From contig JBMFUB010000001.1 of assembly GCA_049966715.1 (NCBI GenBank), forward strand, positions 80 through 64,079: 64,000 nucleotides of DNA. The letters are read 5' to 3'. The notes under the pieces were generated by a model. It did not search any database. It saw nothing but the letters and a program-made list of their open reading frames with translations, and was not told the origin of the DNA. This DNA comes from Candidatus Micrarchaeia archaeon. GTDB lineage: Archaea > Micrarchaeota > Micrarchaeia > Micrarchaeales > Micrarchaeaceae. Shown here piece after piece: positions 8,732 to 19,865 of this stretch (positions are counted from its first letter, which is position 1; the number at the start of each line of letters is the position of its first letter). The position numbers were made by a program, and so were the translations under genes.

Positions 8732-10630
8732 ATGGAGGAATATAGTGCAAAAGATATAGTGGTGCTCAGTGGCGTTCAAGGGGTTAGAAAGAGGCCGGCA
8801 ATGTATATAGGCTCTACAGGAAATAGTGGTTTTCTACACCTCCTTTATGAGATTCTTGATAATTCAATTGATGAAGCGCTTGCAGGTTATGCAAAAAATA
8901 TAGTAATAAAATTAGGAAGGGAGGGAGATATTGATACCGCAGAGGTGAGTGATGATGGCAGAGGCATACCTGTCGATATAATACCTAAAGTTGGCAAACC
9001 TGCGCTTGAAGTTATTATGACATCATTGCATTCAGGTGCAAAGTTTGAGAATAAAGCTTATAAAGTTTCTGGAGGGCTTCATGGCGTTGGTCTCACTGTC
9101 GTTAATGCACTTTCTGAATATACTGAAGTCAGCGTTAAGCGCAATGGCAAGCTTTATAGGCAAAAGTTCAGCAGAGGCATGCCTTTATCTGCGCTTGAAG
9201 TTATAGCTGAAAATGTGGAAGGCTCAGGCACAACAATAAAGTTCAAGCCCGATGCGGAAATATTTTCTGTTAAGACTTTTGATACAATCGTGCTTACTGA
9301 AAGGCTTAATGACCTTGCATACCTTAATCCTGGCTTGAAGATAACCCTGGTTGATGAGCGTGAGGGCGAGCATAAAGTGGTAGAATATTTTTCAAAGAAT
9401 GGCTTGAGCGATTTTCTCAATTATATCAAAGGCTCAAAAGAGGAAGTAAGCAAGCCTATATATATAAAAAAAGAGCAAGACAACTTCAAGCTTGAAATAG
9501 CGATGCAGTATGTAAAATCCTATTCGGAAGAGCTTTTATCGTTTGTCAATAAGATTAAAACCAATGAGGGTGGTACACATGTTGCCGGCTTCCACGCGGC
9601 GCTGACACGCTCGATTCTATCATATAATCAAAAGAGCTCAAAGAAGAAGGATATTGAAATTGAAGGTGATGATACAAGGGAGGGCTTGATTGCTATAATA
9701 TCTGTGCTTATGCAGAATCCAGAGTTTGAAGGGCAGACAAAAGAGAAACTTGGAAGTACCTCAATAAAAGCTTTTGTTGAGAATGCAATGTATTCGGAGT
9801 TTTCACGCTATCTTGAGGAAAATCCTAGCGATGCGGCTAAAATTATAGAAAAGGTATATAGTGCAGCAGAAGCTCGTGAATCTGCAAGGCGTGCAAGAGA
9901 GCTCGCTAGAAAGAAAGGTATGTTTGATGCCGACGTGCTTCCTGGAAAGCTTTCTGATTGTACTGAAAAAGACCCAGAAAAATCAGAATTATTTATAGTT
10001 GAAGGTGAGAGCGCTGCGGGATCAAGCAAGCAGGCGCGCGATAGATTTATACAAGCAATACTGCCGCTAAAAGGCAAGATTCTAAATGTTGAAAAGGCAA
10101 CCGACGAAAAGATTTTTGGAAATGCTGAGCTTCATACTATGGTGACTGCGCTTGGAACTGGAATAAAAGAAACCTTTAATCCTGACGGCTTGCGCTATAA
10201 AAAAATCATAATTCTTACAGATGCTGATGTTGATGGGAGCCATATTAGAACTCTTCTTTTGACTTTCTTTTATAGATATATGAGGCCTCTTGTTGAGAAA
10301 GGCTATATTTATATAGGGCAACCACCCCTTTACAAAATTTCAAGAGGAAAAGAAATAAGATATGCATATTCTGATGCTCAGCTTAATGAGGCGCTTAAAG
10401 CTTTTGATGGTAAAGCAAACGTTCAGAGATATAAGGGCCTTGGAGAGATGAATCCTGAGCAGTTGTGGGAGACAACAATGGATCCAAAACGCAGGATATT
10501 AAGACAGATAAAGATAGGTGATGCAGAACTAGCAGATACAATGTTTACAATATTAATGGGTATGGATGTTGAAAAAAGAAGGCATTTCTTAGAAGAACAT
10601 TCAAATGAAGTAAAGTTCCTTGATATATAA
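8732..10630 (+). CDS. gyrB: DNA gyrase subunit B
   Basis: GHKL ATPase motifs (EILDNSIDEA, DDGRGIP, GGLHGVG), Toprim 'ELFIVEGESAGGS' and 'ILTDADVDGSHI', and the C-terminal 'QRYKGLGEMNPEQLWETTMDP'. Confidence 0.97.
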   Translation: MEEYSAKDIVVLSGVQGVRKRPAMYIGSTGNSGFLHLLYEILDNSIDEALAGYAKNIVIKLGREGDIDTAEVSDDGRGIPVDIIPKVGKPALEVIMTSLHSGAKFENKAYKVSGGLHGVGLTVVNALSEYTEVSVKRNGKLYRQKFSRGMPLSALEVIAENVEGSGTTIKFKPDAEIFSVKTFDTIVLTERLNDLAYLNPGLKITLVDEREGEHKVVEYFSKNGLSDFLNYIKGSKEEVSKPIYIKKEQDNFKLEIAMQYVKSYSEELLSFVNKIKTNEGGTHVAGFHAALTRSILSYNQKSSKKKDIEIEGDDTREGLIAIISVLMQNPEFEGQTKEKLGSTSIKAFVENAMYSEFSRYLEENPSDAAKIIEKVYSAAEARESARRARELARKKGMFDADVLPGKLSDCTEKDPEKSELFIVEGESAAGSSKQARDRFIQAILPLKGKILNVEKATDEKIFGNAELHTMVTALGTGIKETFNPDGLRYKKIIILTDADVDGSHIRTLLLTFFYRYMRPLVEKGYIYIGQPPLYKISRGKEIRYAYSDAQLNEALKAFDGKANVQRYKGLGEMNPEQLWETTMDPKRRILRQIKIGDAELADTMFTILMGMDVEKRRHFLEEHSNEVKFLDI

Positions 10631-10636
10631 CTATAC

Positions 10637-10664
10637 CTAACATATGAAATCTAACATATGAAAT
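10637..10664. repeat. 2 x 14-bp tandem duplication (ctaacatatgaaat) just after the gyrB stop codon
   Basis: Read directly: 10637-10650 and 10651-10664 are identical. Confidence 0.9.
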
Positions 10665-10784
10665 GCAAAATATTAATAACTATAAATAATAAAAAACGAA
10701 CAAAGATAAAATATAATAAAATAATGAAAATAATTTTAATGGAAAAGATTAATTAATAACAAAAATAAAAGAAAAAAATATTAA

Positions 10785-13367
10785 ATGAAAAATGATGTGT
10801 TTATGGATGAAAGTTTAATTACATCTTATATAGAAAATGAGATGCAGACAAGCTATATAGATTATGCAATGAGCGTTATAGTAGGCAGAGCTCTGCCTGA
10901 CGCTCGCGATGGCTTGAAGCCTGCTCAAAGACGTATTCTCTATGCAATGAGCAAGCTAAACAATTTTCATGACCAGCCTACTAAAAAGAGTGCTAGGATT
11001 GTAGGAGATGTTATAGGTAAGTACCACCCACATGGAGATATGGCGGTCTATGAAACTCTTGTGAGGTTAGCGCAGGACTTCACAATGAACTATACTCTTG
11101 TTGAAGGCCAGGGCAATATGGGCTCTATGGATGGTGATCCTCCAGCAGCTCAAAGGTATACTGAAGTCAGACTGACCAAGCTCGCAGAGGAAATGCTTAG
11201 CGATTTAGACAAAAAAGCGGTTCCATTTATCCCTAATTTTGATAACACTGAAGAAGAGCCACTTATATTACCAACAAAAATTCCAAATCTTCTGATAAAT
11301 GGAGCATCTGGGATTGCAGTAGGCGTAGCAACAAGCATATTGCAGCATAACCTAAAAGAGGTGTGCGATGCCATAGTTGCATATATTGATAATAGAGAGA
11401 TATCAATTCATGATCTTTTAAATTATATAAAGGGGCCTGATTTTCCAACAGGCGGCATTGTATTCTATAATGAAGCGCTTGTAAATTCATATGTTTCTGG
11501 CAAAGGTTCGTGCATCGTACGTGGCAAAATAAATGTTGAAGAGCAAAAGGGAAGGCAGTCGTTGATAATAACCGAAATACCTTACATGGTAAATAAAGCA
11601 ACGCTTATACAAAAAATAGCTGAGCTTGTAAAAAATAAAAAGATACAAGGCATTTCAGATTTAAGGGATGAGAGCAATAAGGATGGTGTTAGGATTGTAA
11701 TAGAATTAAGGAAGGATGCAAATTCAAATGTTATAACAAATATACTTTATACACACACGCCGCTTCAAACAACAATACCTGTGAGAAATATTGCAGTTAT
11801 TGGTAACAATCTTGTAACAATGAATGTAAAACAGATGGTAAAGGTATTTGTTGATTTCAGATTAGAGGTAATAAGAAAAAGAACTGAATTTGACCTTAAT
11901 GTTGCGTCAGAGCGCTTGCATATTGTTGAAGGTTTGCTTGTTGCAATGTCTCATATTAATGAGATTGTTGATATGCTGAAAAACAGCGATGATCTTAAGG
12001 CCGCAAGGCAGAATTTAATACAAAATTATTCTCTTTCAGAAAAACAGGCAAATGCTATTCTTGATATGAAGCTGAGCAAACTAACAGGATTGGAAAGCAA
12101 ATCTCTTGAAATTGAGAGTAAAGATCTCAATAATAAAATAAAAGAATATAAAGAAATATTAAGTGATGAAAATAAAATTTATAATATTATAAAAGAAGAG
12201 ACTAAATACATAAGAGAAAAATATGGAAGAGAAAGAAGAACAGTTATTGAAGTAAATGAAAATATTGAAGTTAATAATGAGGAGCTTATAAATGATGAAG
12301 ATGTTACTATTATATTGACAAATAACAATTATATGAAGAGGATGCAGACTTCTATTTACAAATCTCAAGATCGTGGCGGAAAAGGAATTATATCAATGAC
12401 ATTAAGAGAAGGGGATTTTGTTAAGCAAATTCTGCATTGTAAATCAAAAGATTATATACTTCTTTTTACGGATAGAGGCAGAGTATATTGGGTTAAAGCA
12501 TATCAGATACCTGAAGAAAATAGATATAGTTTAGGCAAAGCTGCAGTTAATATAGTAAGCTTAGTCGAAGGTGAAAAAATAGAGAAGCTACTTTATACAA
12601 GAAATTTTGAAGGCTCTGTTATTACATTTATAACAAAGCAAGGAAGAGCCAAAAGAGTTAATGCTAAATATTTTTCAAAACCTAGAAAAAACGGTATTAT
12701 GGCTATACCTATACCAAAAAATGATTCACTTGCTGATGTTTGTATATCTAATGGAAAATCCGAACTTTTCATTGCAACGAAGAAGGGCAAAGCACTGCGT
12801 TTTAATGAAACTAATATAAGAGAAATGGGCAGAAATGCTGTTGGTGTTAGAGGTATAAGATTAAATAACGGAGATGAGGTTATTAATATTCTTGCAGTTT
12901 CTAATAAAGATTTAATTGCTTCGATAACAGAAAAAGGAATGGGTAAAATTACCGAGCTCGAAAAATACAGGCTTCAAAAGCGCGGTGGCAAAGGTGTTTT
13001 AAATCTAAAAATAAAAGAGAAAACCGGTAATGTAATAAAAGTTCTTAAAGTAAATACAGATGAAAATATAATATTATTTAATTCTAAAGGACTTTCAATA
13101 CAGTTCCCTGTTGAGGAGATTAGGATTACGGGAAGAAGCGCATCTGGAGTTAAGCTTATGAAACTTGATCCTGATAGTAAAGTTGTAGACGCGCAGGTGG
13201 TGTCTACAAATAATAATAGCTCCTTTTCTGAGGGTGCAGTAAAGGGCACTCCAATAGCATTTGATGCAGAATTCAACTTAGATAAAAACAGAGAAGGAAA
13301 CAATAAAAATAATAAAGAGGATAGCAATAAAAGCAATGCTGATGCTAGTGATGGAAATAATCAATGA
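10785..13367 (+). CDS. gyrA: DNA gyrase subunit A
   Basis: '[14 protein letters not shown]', 'GKYHPHGD', and the active-site region '[10 protein letters not shown]' (catalytic Tyr). The C-terminal beta-pinwheel repeats end in an N/D/K-rich tail. An alternative ATG at 10803 is possible. Confidence 0.97.
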   Translation: MKNDVFMDESLITSYIENEMQTSYIDYAMSVIVGRALPDARDGLKPAQRRILYAMSKLNNFHDQPTKKSARIVGDVIGKYHPHGDMAVYETLVRLAQDFTMNYTLVEGQGNMGSMDGDPPAAQRYTEVRLTKLAEEMLSDLDKKAVPFIPNFDNTEEEPLILPTKIPNLLINGASGIAVGVATSILQHNLKEVCDAIVAYIDNREISIHDLLNYIKGPDFPTGGIVFYNEALVNSYVSGKGSCIVRGKINVEEQKGRQSLIITEIPYMVNKATLIQKIAELVKNKKIQGISDLRDESNKDGVRIVIELRKDANSNVITNILYTHTPLQTTIPVRNIAVIGNNLVTMNVKQMVKVFVDFRLEVIRKRTEFDLNVASERLHIVEGLLVAMSHINEIVDMLKNSDDLKAARQNLIQNYSLSEKQANAILDMKLSKLTGLESKSLEIESKDLNNKIKEYKEILSDENKIYNIIKEETKYIREKYGRERRTVIEVNENIEVNNEELINDEDVTIILTNNNYMKRMQTSIYKSQDRGGKGIISMTLREGDFVKQILHCKSKDYILLFTDRGRVYWVKAYQIPEENRYSLGKAAVNIVSLVEGEKIEKLLYTRNFEGSVITFITKQGRAKRVNAKYFSKPRKNGIMAIPIPKNDSLADVCISNGKSELFIATKKGKALRFNETNIREMGRNAVGVRGIRLNNGDEVINILAVSNKDLIASITEKGMGKITELEKYRLQKRGGKGVLNLKIKEKTGNVIKVLKVNTDENIILFNSKGLSIQFPVEEIRITGRSASGVKLMKLDPDSKVVDAQVVSTNNNSSFSEGAVKGTPIAFDAEFNLDKNREGNNKNNKEDSNKSNADASDGNNQ

Positions 13368-13564
13368 TTTTTTTAATGTGCTTCTAATAAAATTTTTTGT
13401 AGTATTATAAATGAAATTTGCTGAAATTTTATTAAATCTTTGTTTTAAATTATATTTATATTTTGTTTTATTTAATTATTTTGTTTTATTTAATAATGTC
13501 AATTCAATATTAATATTTATTATTTTATTTGATTTTATTAGTTTATATGTTGGGTGTGTCGGAA

Positions 13565-14071
13565 ATGATAACTGTTTTAGTGCTTGGGAAAAATTCTTAT
13601 GAACGTAATTTAGATATTGCACTGACCGCTAGGGCTTTCGGCGCATCTGAAGTTGTTTATACCTCTAATAAAGATCAAAAGCTTATTAAGCAGGTCAAAA
13701 ATATCGTTAATAAATGGGGGGGAGTCTTTTCAGTAGATTTTATAAAAAATTGGAAAAAATATATAAAAGAGAAGAAGAATTATAAAACAATATATCTGAC
13801 AATGTATGGAAAGCCATTAAATTCTACAACCTCATTCGTGCGCGACTATAAAAACCTTATTATTATTGTTTCATCTGCAGATGTTAATAAATCTCTGCTT
13901 CAAACAGCAGACTTTAATGTCAGCATTACAAACCAGCCACATTGTGAAACTTCAGCAATAGCAATATTTTTACATCATTTTTATGAAGGCAGAGAGTTAG
14001 CAATACATTTTGAAAACGCCAAATATAAAATTGTACCTGCTGAACGCAATATTAAAGTTACGCGCTATTAA
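13565..14071 (+). CDS. trm56: tRNA (cytidine56-2'-O)-methyltransferase aTrm56
   Basis: It aligns along its full length by eye to Pyrococcus aTrm56: 'LALTARAFGA', 'VNKWGG.F...F..NW', 'YLTMYG', 'NVSITNQPHCETSAIAIFL', 'AKYKIVP'. The ATG at 13565 is preceded by GGGTG. The track start at 13529 adds a non-conserved hydrophobic leader. Confidence 0.85.
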   Translation: MITVLVLGKNSYERNLDIALTARAFGASEVVYTSNKDQKLIKQVKNIVNKWGGVFSVDFIKNWKKYIKEKKNYKTIYLTMYGKPLNSTTSFVRDYKNLIIIVSSADVNKSLLQTADFNVSITNQPHCETSAIAIFLHHFYEGRELAIHFENAKYKIVPAERNIKVTRY

Positions 14072-14413
14072 TTTATATATTACTATTTTAAATTAATTAT
14101 TATTTTAATTATTATTCTTAAGATTCTTTTAAGCATAATTATTTAATTATAATTATCTAAATAAATACATAATATTAATCGCAAAATTAAGATATAAATA
14201 ATTATAAACATAATATTATAAAATAATAAATATTATAAAGTAATAAAAATAAAAAGTAATTAAAAAGATAAATAAAAAATAAACATAAGTATTAATAACT
14301 TAAATTATTAATGATCTATAATTTTATATTATTAAATTTTTTAAATCATTAAATTATTATTATATTATTAATTATCATTAATTTGTTTAATTTTATTTAA
14401 AGTAGGTGAAAAA

Positions 14414-15109
14414 ATGTATCCAAATATGCAAGCGTATGATAGGGGCGCAATGTTTAGCCCAGATGGTAGACTTCTTCAGGTTGACTATGCAAGAGAGGCT
14501 GTAAGGCGAGGTGCAACTTCTATCGGCATAACAACAAATAATGAGGTTATTTTAATAGCACATAAAAACATAACTGAACCTTTAGCAATACCAAATACCG
14601 TGCAAAAAATATTTAGAATAGATGCGAATATAGGTGTTACATACAGTGGTCTTGTATCTGATGGCCTTCATATAATAAATGTAATGAGAAATCACACCCA
14701 AACACATAGAATGATATATGATGAAACCGAATCAATAGAAGCAATTTCAAAAGAAATAGCAGAAGAGATACAAGTTGCTACACAATATGGGGGTCTTAGA
14801 CCTTATGCAATATCTCTACTTATTGGCGGTTTTGATAAAGTTCCAAAATTATTTGAAGTTGATGCAGGAGCATCTTTCTTAGGCTATAAAGCGGATGCAA
14901 TAGGTCAAGGCAAACAAAAGGCACAAGAGCTCCTTTCAAAAGAATATAAAGAGGATATGTCACTTGCTGATAGTATTACTTTAGGGTTAAGCATAATAAA
15001 GAGAACTGTAGAGCAAAAAATAAATGAATTTAATGTAGATATTGCAACAGTAACAAAGAAAGATGGCTATAGACAATGGGACCCTGATGAAATAAAGAAA
15101 TATCTATAA
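14414..15109 (+). CDS. psmA: Proteasome subunit alpha
   Basis: N-terminal 'YDRGAMFSPDGRLLQVDYAREAV' signature. GGTGA Shine-Dalgarno sequence 6 nt upstream. Confidence 0.95.
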   Translation: MYPNMQAYDRGAMFSPDGRLLQVDYAREAVRRGATSIGITTNNEVILIAHKNITEPLAIPNTVQKIFRIDANIGVTYSGLVSDGLHIINVMRNHTQTHRMIYDETESIEAISKEIAEEIQVATQYGGLRPYAISLLIGGFDKVPKLFEVDAGASFLGYKADAIGQGKQKAQELLSKEYKEDMSLADSITLGLSIIKRTVEQKINEFNVDIATVTKKDGYRQWDPDEIKKYL

Positions 15110-15417
15110 CCATTTTTTTATTTGTTTTATATTTTTTAATTTTATTTTATCTGCTATTTTTATTTTTATAATTTATTTATTTAAATATTATTTACCTAAA
15201 TTAAATATATTCATTTAAATAATTTATCTAAATATATAATCTAAATATTATATTTGTATCTAGTTATATTCTTTAAAACTAAATTTTTATAATAATTGCA
15301 TAATAATTCTACCTTTTGGTGCTATGAAAGGTTTATATTATTTATTTGTTATTTATTTGTAATCTAAATGTGAAGATGAAAGTATATTTCATTATATTTT
15401 ATTAAAGTGTGATAAAT

Positions 15418-16098
15418 ATGGCTAAAATTGTTGTATTGAAGTGCAAAGTTAATGGAGATGAATTTGAGATTCTTGCTGATGCTGATATGGCTTATGAATA
15501 TATAACAGGAAAGAGGAGCGATCCATTAAGTCTGCTTGAAACGGAAGAGGTGTTTAAGGATGCAAAGAAAGGCGAGCGCCAGAGCGAAGAGAAAATAAAA
15601 AAAGCTTTTGGCACAACCAATCTTCCTGATGTCATCGATGCTATACTAAAGAAAGCTAATGTTCCCATAACTACTGAGCAGCGAGCCAAGCTAGTCGAAG
15701 AGAAGAGAAAGCAGATAATAGCGCTTATATCTAAAAATTCTATAGACCCAAGGACAAACCTTCCAAATCCTCCAATAAGAGTTGAGAATGCGCTCAAGGA
15801 AGCTAAAATATCTATAGATCCTTTCAAGAATGCAAATGAGCAGCTTGATGAGATTGTTAAAAAACTCTATACTATACTTCCACTTAAATTCACTACGGCT
15901 AAAATTGAGGTGATAATTCCAGCTGAATCCGCAAATAAATGCTATGGTATGCTAAAACAATATGGATTAAAGTCAGAAGAGTGGCAGTCAAATGGAGATC
16001 TTAAAGTGATTGTTGAATTTCCTGCTGGCATGCAGAGCGAGTTTTTTGACAAATTAAATAAAGCAACGCAAGGCAAAGCGGTAACAAAACTTCTTTAG
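15418..16098 (+). CDS. sdo1: SBDS-family ribosome maturation protein (Sdo1)
   Basis: Typical length and position between psmA and rrp4 in the archaeal exosome superoperon. FYSH-domain-like N-terminus ('DPLSLLETEEVFKDAKKGERQSEEKIKKAFGTTN'). Confidence 0.88.
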   Translation: MAKIVVLKCKVNGDEFEILADADMAYEYITGKRSDPLSLLETEEVFKDAKKGERQSEEKIKKAFGTTNLPDVIDAILKKANVPITTEQRAKLVEEKRKQIIALISKNSIDPRTNLPNPPIRVENALKEAKISIDPFKNANEQLDEIVKKLYTILPLKFTTAKIEVIIPAESANKCYGMLKQYGLKSEEWQSNGDLKVIVEFPAGMQSEFFDKLNKATQGKAVTKLL

Positions 16099-16107
16099 TT
16101 AATAATT

Positions 16108-16131
16108 TAGTCAATAATATAGTCAATAATA
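16108..16131. repeat. 2 x 12-bp tandem duplication (tagtcaataata) just after the SBDS stop codon
   Basis: Read directly: 16108-16119 and 16120-16131 are identical. Confidence 0.9.
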
Positions 16132-16695
16132 TGGTTCTATAAAATTCTATTAGATATAATAAGATATAAAAATATCAAAAATATATTAATACCTACAATA
16201 TAATTCAGGTATTTATAATTTTCTTGCATATCTTATATAATCAGAATAATACCTAAAATAATCTATTAAATCAGGAAAAATAGCAAAAGCATAATAATAA
16301 ATATTTTAAGAATATAAAATATAAAACAATTAAGATATAAATATAATATATAATTAATTTATAAAAATCTAAAGCTTACAATCTAATTAATTGTAATTGA
16401 TACATTTCTTATTTGCAATACAAATCAAAACCACAAAGTAAATTTATAAATATTATTATACTTATAACGATACTTATAATATATGCACTTATATTTATAG
16501 TAGCATATATAATTACGAGCTTATAATTTATTATATTATTAATTATTATAATTATATTATTGTAATTATTGTATATTAATTATTAAATTATTATTGTATA
16601 TTAATTAATTATTATAAATATATAATATAAAATTAATAAGACAAATGTGAAATAAATAACAATAAAGCAAAAATAAAATAAAAAGTAGAATAAAG

Positions 16696-17325
16696 ATGAT
16701 TTTTATGAAGGATATTATTTTACCAGGCACATTGATATCAGAGACGCCAATTAAGATGGAAAACACTTATTTGGAGAGTGGTAAAACTTTTTCAAAAGTA
16801 ATTGGTATTTATGATGATGAAAAGAAGCAGGTTATACCTCTCGAAGGAAATTGGCTTCCAAAAGTAGATGATATTGTCGTTGGTGTTGTCTCTTCATCTA
16901 AAGGGAGCGTTTATGAAGTTGAGCTTTTCTTTTTCGGTAGAGGCTTGCTTATAGGGGGAAGATATGAAGACATTAGATTTAAAGTAGGGGACGTTGTTGA
17001 GGCAAAGGTAAAGGATGTCGAAGATAATAAGGTTGTTATATTATGGGATGCAAAGGTATTACGCGGTGGTACTCTAATTTCTATAAAGCCCTCAAAGGTT
17101 CCTAGAGTTGTGGGGCGCAATAATACAATGGTTGAGCAGATAGCTAGAATAACAAAAAGCAGTATTGTTGTTGGGACAAATGGTATAATATGGCTTAGGG
17201 GCGATGCTATAGATGTTGCAACCGCAGCAATAAGAAAGATAGAGCGTGAGGCCCATACTGGTGGTTTAACAGATAGAATAAAGATTATGCTTGAAAATGA
17301 GATGCTAAAAATTAATAAGGTGTAA
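16696..17325 (+). CDS. rrp4: Exosome complex RNA-binding protein Rrp4 (N-terminal domain, S1, KH)
   Basis: 'ILPGTLI' N-terminal motif, S1 region 'PKVDDIVVGVVSS..GSVYEVEL', KH region 'SKVPRVVGRNNTMVEQIARITKSSIVVGTNGIIWL'. It lies directly upstream of rrp41. An alternative ATG at 16705 is possible. Confidence 0.9.
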   Translation: MIFMKDIILPGTLISETPIKMENTYLESGKTFSKVIGIYDDEKKQVIPLEGNWLPKVDDIVVGVVSSSKGSVYEVELFFFGRGLLIGGRYEDIRFKVGDVVEAKVKDVEDNKVVILWDAKVLRGGTLISIKPSKVPRVVGRNNTMVEQIARITKSSIVVGTNGIIWLRGDAIDVATAAIRKIEREAHTGGLTDRIKIMLENEMLKINKV

Positions 17326-17329
17326 ATAT

Positions 17330-18085
17330 ATGGCAAATAAGGCAAACGCGCCAAAATTGTTGGTTGATGGAAGACGAATTGATGGAAGGACTACTAATCA
17401 ATTAAGACCTATAAAAATAACTGCAGGTGTATTGGAGAATGCAGACGGCTCTGCTTTACTTAAATGGGGTAATAATATTGTTTTAGCGGCAGTATTTGGG
17501 CCTCGTGAATCAACTCCAAAACACACAGCAGATCCTGTAAAAGCAACAGTGAAATGCAAGTATTCAATGGCTCCTTTTTCATCAATGGGTGAACATAATA
17601 GAAGTGGTCCAAATAGAAGAGCAATTGAAATATCAAAAGTTACAAAAGAGGTTTTTGAAAATGTCATTTTCTTAAATGATTTTCCAGGAAGCGAAATCAA
17701 TATATTTATAGAAATACTGCAAAGTGATGGAGGCACTAGGGCAGCAGGAATAACTGCAGCCGCAGTTGCACTTGCAAATGCGGGAATACATATGAAGGAT
17801 ATTGTTTATGCAGTTTCTGTTGGAAAGGTTGGCGATGATCTTCTTCTAGATCTTAATATGATAGAAGACAACTATTCTGATTGTGATATGCCAATGGCAA
17901 TAGCTCCAAGAAACGGTGAGCTTCTTTTGCTTCAAATGGATGGCAATATAACAAAAGATGAGATACAGAAAGCCATAAATATGGCAAAGGATGCGGGTAA
18001 AATAATATCTGCTGCGCAACAGGAAGCACTCATACAAGTCTATAAAAATGTTAATAAACAAATAGAAAATGAAAGTGGTGTTTAA
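17330..18085 (+). CDS. rrp41: Exosome complex exonuclease Rrp41 (RNase PH domain)
   Basis: 'RIDGRTTNQLRPIKITAGVLENADGSALLKWGNN...' and 'QSDGGTRAAGITAAAVALANAG'. Starts 4 nt after the rrp4 stop. Confidence 0.95.
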   Translation: MANKANAPKLLVDGRRIDGRTTNQLRPIKITAGVLENADGSALLKWGNNIVLAAVFGPRESTPKHTADPVKATVKCKYSMAPFSSMGEHNRSGPNRRAIEISKVTKEVFENVIFLNDFPGSEINIFIEILQSDGGTRAAGITAAAVALANAGIHMKDIVYAVSVGKVGDDLLLDLNMIEDNYSDCDMPMAIAPRNGELLLLQMDGNITKDEIQKAINMAKDAGKIISAAQQEALIQVYKNVNKQIENESGV

Positions 18086-18087
18086 AA

Positions 18088-18879
18088 ATGGGAGTTTTTG
18101 AGGAAATAAAAGGTAATTATATAAAAGAGCTTATTGCAAAAGGCGTTAGAGAAGACAAAAGAAATATGTTTGATTACAGGGAAATAAAAATAGTAAAAGA
18201 TTTTATTCCACATGCGGAGGGTTCAGCGGTTGTTGATTTAGGAAATACAAAAGTACTGGCAGGAGTAAAAATGCAGGTTGGTACTCCGATGGAGGATACT
18301 CCAACAGATGGTAATTTTACTGTTTCTGCTGAACTTCTTCCATTAGCACATGCTGAATTTGAAAGTGGACCACCAAGCCCAGAATCTATAGAGCTTGCTA
18401 GAGTTGTTGATAGAGGAATAAGGGCAGCAAATTGCATTGATTTATCAAAACTTTTTATAGAAGAGGGTAAGGTATGGGAGATTTATGCAGATATATATAT
18501 ACTTAATTACGATGGCAATCTCTTCGATGCAAGTACACTTGCGGTAATGACTGCTTTAAAAAATACCAAAATGCCAAAATATGAGAATGGCAAAGCGGTG
18601 TATGAGGAGCGTGTTATACCATTGCCAGTGAAAGCAACCGTTGTTTCAACAACTTTTGGAAAAATAGGAACAACATTAATTCTCGATCCAAATATAAATG
18701 AAGAAACTGCGCTTGATGCAAGGCTTACAATTACAACAGACGGTGAAAAAGTACGGGCTATGCAGAAAGGGTTGAATGGCGGTATATCTGAGATCGAATT
18801 GGATAATTTAGTTGATATTTCTCTTAAAAAATATAAAGAGATAGAAAATAAAATAGAAAATGCTGTAAAAGAGGAATGA
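18088..18879 (+). CDS. rrp42: Exosome complex component Rrp42 (inactive RNase PH-like)
   Basis: 'REDKRNMFDYREIKIVKDFIPHAEGSAVVDLGNTKVLAGVK'. Starts 2 nt after the rrp41 stop. Confidence 0.93.
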   Translation: MGVFEEIKGNYIKELIAKGVREDKRNMFDYREIKIVKDFIPHAEGSAVVDLGNTKVLAGVKMQVGTPMEDTPTDGNFTVSAELLPLAHAEFESGPPSPESIELARVVDRGIRAANCIDLSKLFIEEGKVWEIYADIYILNYDGNLFDASTLAVMTALKNTKMPKYENGKAVYEERVIPLPVKATVVSTTFGKIGTTLILDPNINEETALDARLTITTDGEKVRAMQKGLNGGISEIELDNLVDISLKKYKEIENKIENAVKEE

Positions 18880-18883
18880 TTTT

Positions 18884-19192
18884 ATGGTAAATGCAAGTAT
18901 AAGATATGGTGCAAGTTTAAGAAAAAGATACAATGCAATAAAAGAGAAGAAGAGAGCAAAATATATGTGTAGTTCATGTGGTAGAGAAGATGTTGTAAGG
19001 ATTAGTACTAGTATTTGGAAGTGCAGGCATTGTAATACTATTTATGCGGGAGGTGCATATGAGATGACAACACAGAAAGGAGAAATTGCAATGAGGCTCA
19101 TAAAAGAACTTAAAGAAAATAAATATAATAAAGAAGAAGCTATGCGCGCGGTCGAAATAATTACAAAAAACGGCACAGAGGAAAGTAAATAA
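18884..19192 (+). CDS. rpl37ae: 50S ribosomal protein L37Ae (eL43), with a C-terminal extension of about 25 aa
   Basis: Zinc ribbon 'CSSCGREDVVRISTSIWKCRHCNTIYAGGAY'. Canonical position after rrp42. Confidence 0.9.
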   Translation: MVNASIRYGASLRKRYNAIKEKKRAKYMCSSCGREDVVRISTSIWKCRHCNTIYAGGAYEMTTQKGEIAMRLIKELKENKYNKEEAMRAVEIITKNGTEESK

Positions 19193-19257
19193 ATCCCAAA
19201 TACGAAAAGGAATAATGAATATAAAATAATAATTAAAATATTTAATGATGTGGTTTT

Positions 19258-19659
19258 ATGGTATCAATAAATTTTAGCCCTATAAATGAAATTGTACTAC
19301 ATGAAGTTATTAGTACAGATAAGGAAGAGTTGATTAAAAGTAGGGTTACGCCAGCAGGCAACTTTCCTTTATACTGGTGTAATGGTATTTTATTTGCTTT
19401 TAGCTCACTGCCTTGGACTGATGAAATAGTAAGCGATTTCTTAAAGGGTAGAGCGCACTGGGCTGAAATCAGATTTACTAAGCTTGATAAATACCAGCCT
19501 CTGCTTGAGCTTAATGAGGAAACCTATAAAACTACAATTAAGATATCTGTTATTAATACTAGCGGATCTTCAACACATCAGGCAGTAACAAATTGGCTTG
19601 TAGAGCAAGAAAAGAAATTAAAGCAGCAGCAAGGAAAAGGGATAAAAGTAAATCAATAA
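19258..19659 (+). CDS. Hypothetical protein (133 aa) inserted between rpl37ae and rpoP
   Basis: Clean ORF on the same strand as the superoperon. No family recognised. It does not look like the Brix or Pop5 proteins often found at this position. Confidence 0.5.
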   Translation: MVSINFSPINEIVLHEVISTDKEELIKSRVTPAGNFPLYWCNGILFAFSSLPWTDEIVSDFLKGRAHWAEIRFTKLDKYQPLLELNEETYKTTIKISVINTSGSSTHQAVTNWLVEQEKKLKQQQGKGIKVNQ

Positions 19660-19742
19660 AATTTAATTTTTATATAATATAAATAATTAATTATTTAATG
19701 TTTAATTAATTCAAAAATAAATTTAAAATATAGTGGTAATTT

Positions 19743-19865
19743 ATGGGATATATCTGTGCAAAGTGCAAAAGAAAAGTTAAGGAAGGATTAAGATGCCAGT
19801 ATTGTGGGAGCCGAATTATAATTAAAGAGCGGCCAAATCTTGCCAAAGAGATATCTACTGATTAA
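19743..19865 (+). CDS. rpoP: DNA-directed RNA polymerase subunit P (Rpo12/RpoP), 40 aa; absent from the supplied ORF track
   Basis: My own translation is [40 protein letters not shown]. It has the CxxC...CxxC zinc ribbon with 'R(C)xYCG.RI..K.R' typical of RpoP/RPABC4. It sits in the expected superoperon position downstream of rpl37ae. Confidence 0.8.
   Translation: MGYICAKCKRKVKEGLRCQYCGSRIIIKERPNLAKEISTD

Noticed and set aside
9154-10321. Antisense ORFs inside gyrB (9154-9420, 9808-10077, 10082-10321). Similar shadow ORFs lie inside leuS, gyrA, rrp4/41/42, lhr, pheS/T, the ABC genes, purF and others in the supplied track.
   Set aside because: They lie fully within, and opposite to, genes with unmistakable conserved motifs. 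Their translations are low-complexity or Ser/Leu-rich with no motifs, which is typical of shadow frames.
15330-15345. Small hairpin ACCTTT-N10-AAAGGT upstream of SBDS, plus numerous A/T palindromes (for example atatgata-a-tatcatat near 25311).
   Set aside because: Short A/T-rich inverted repeats are expected by chance at this base composition. There is no positional or sequence recurrence to suggest function.
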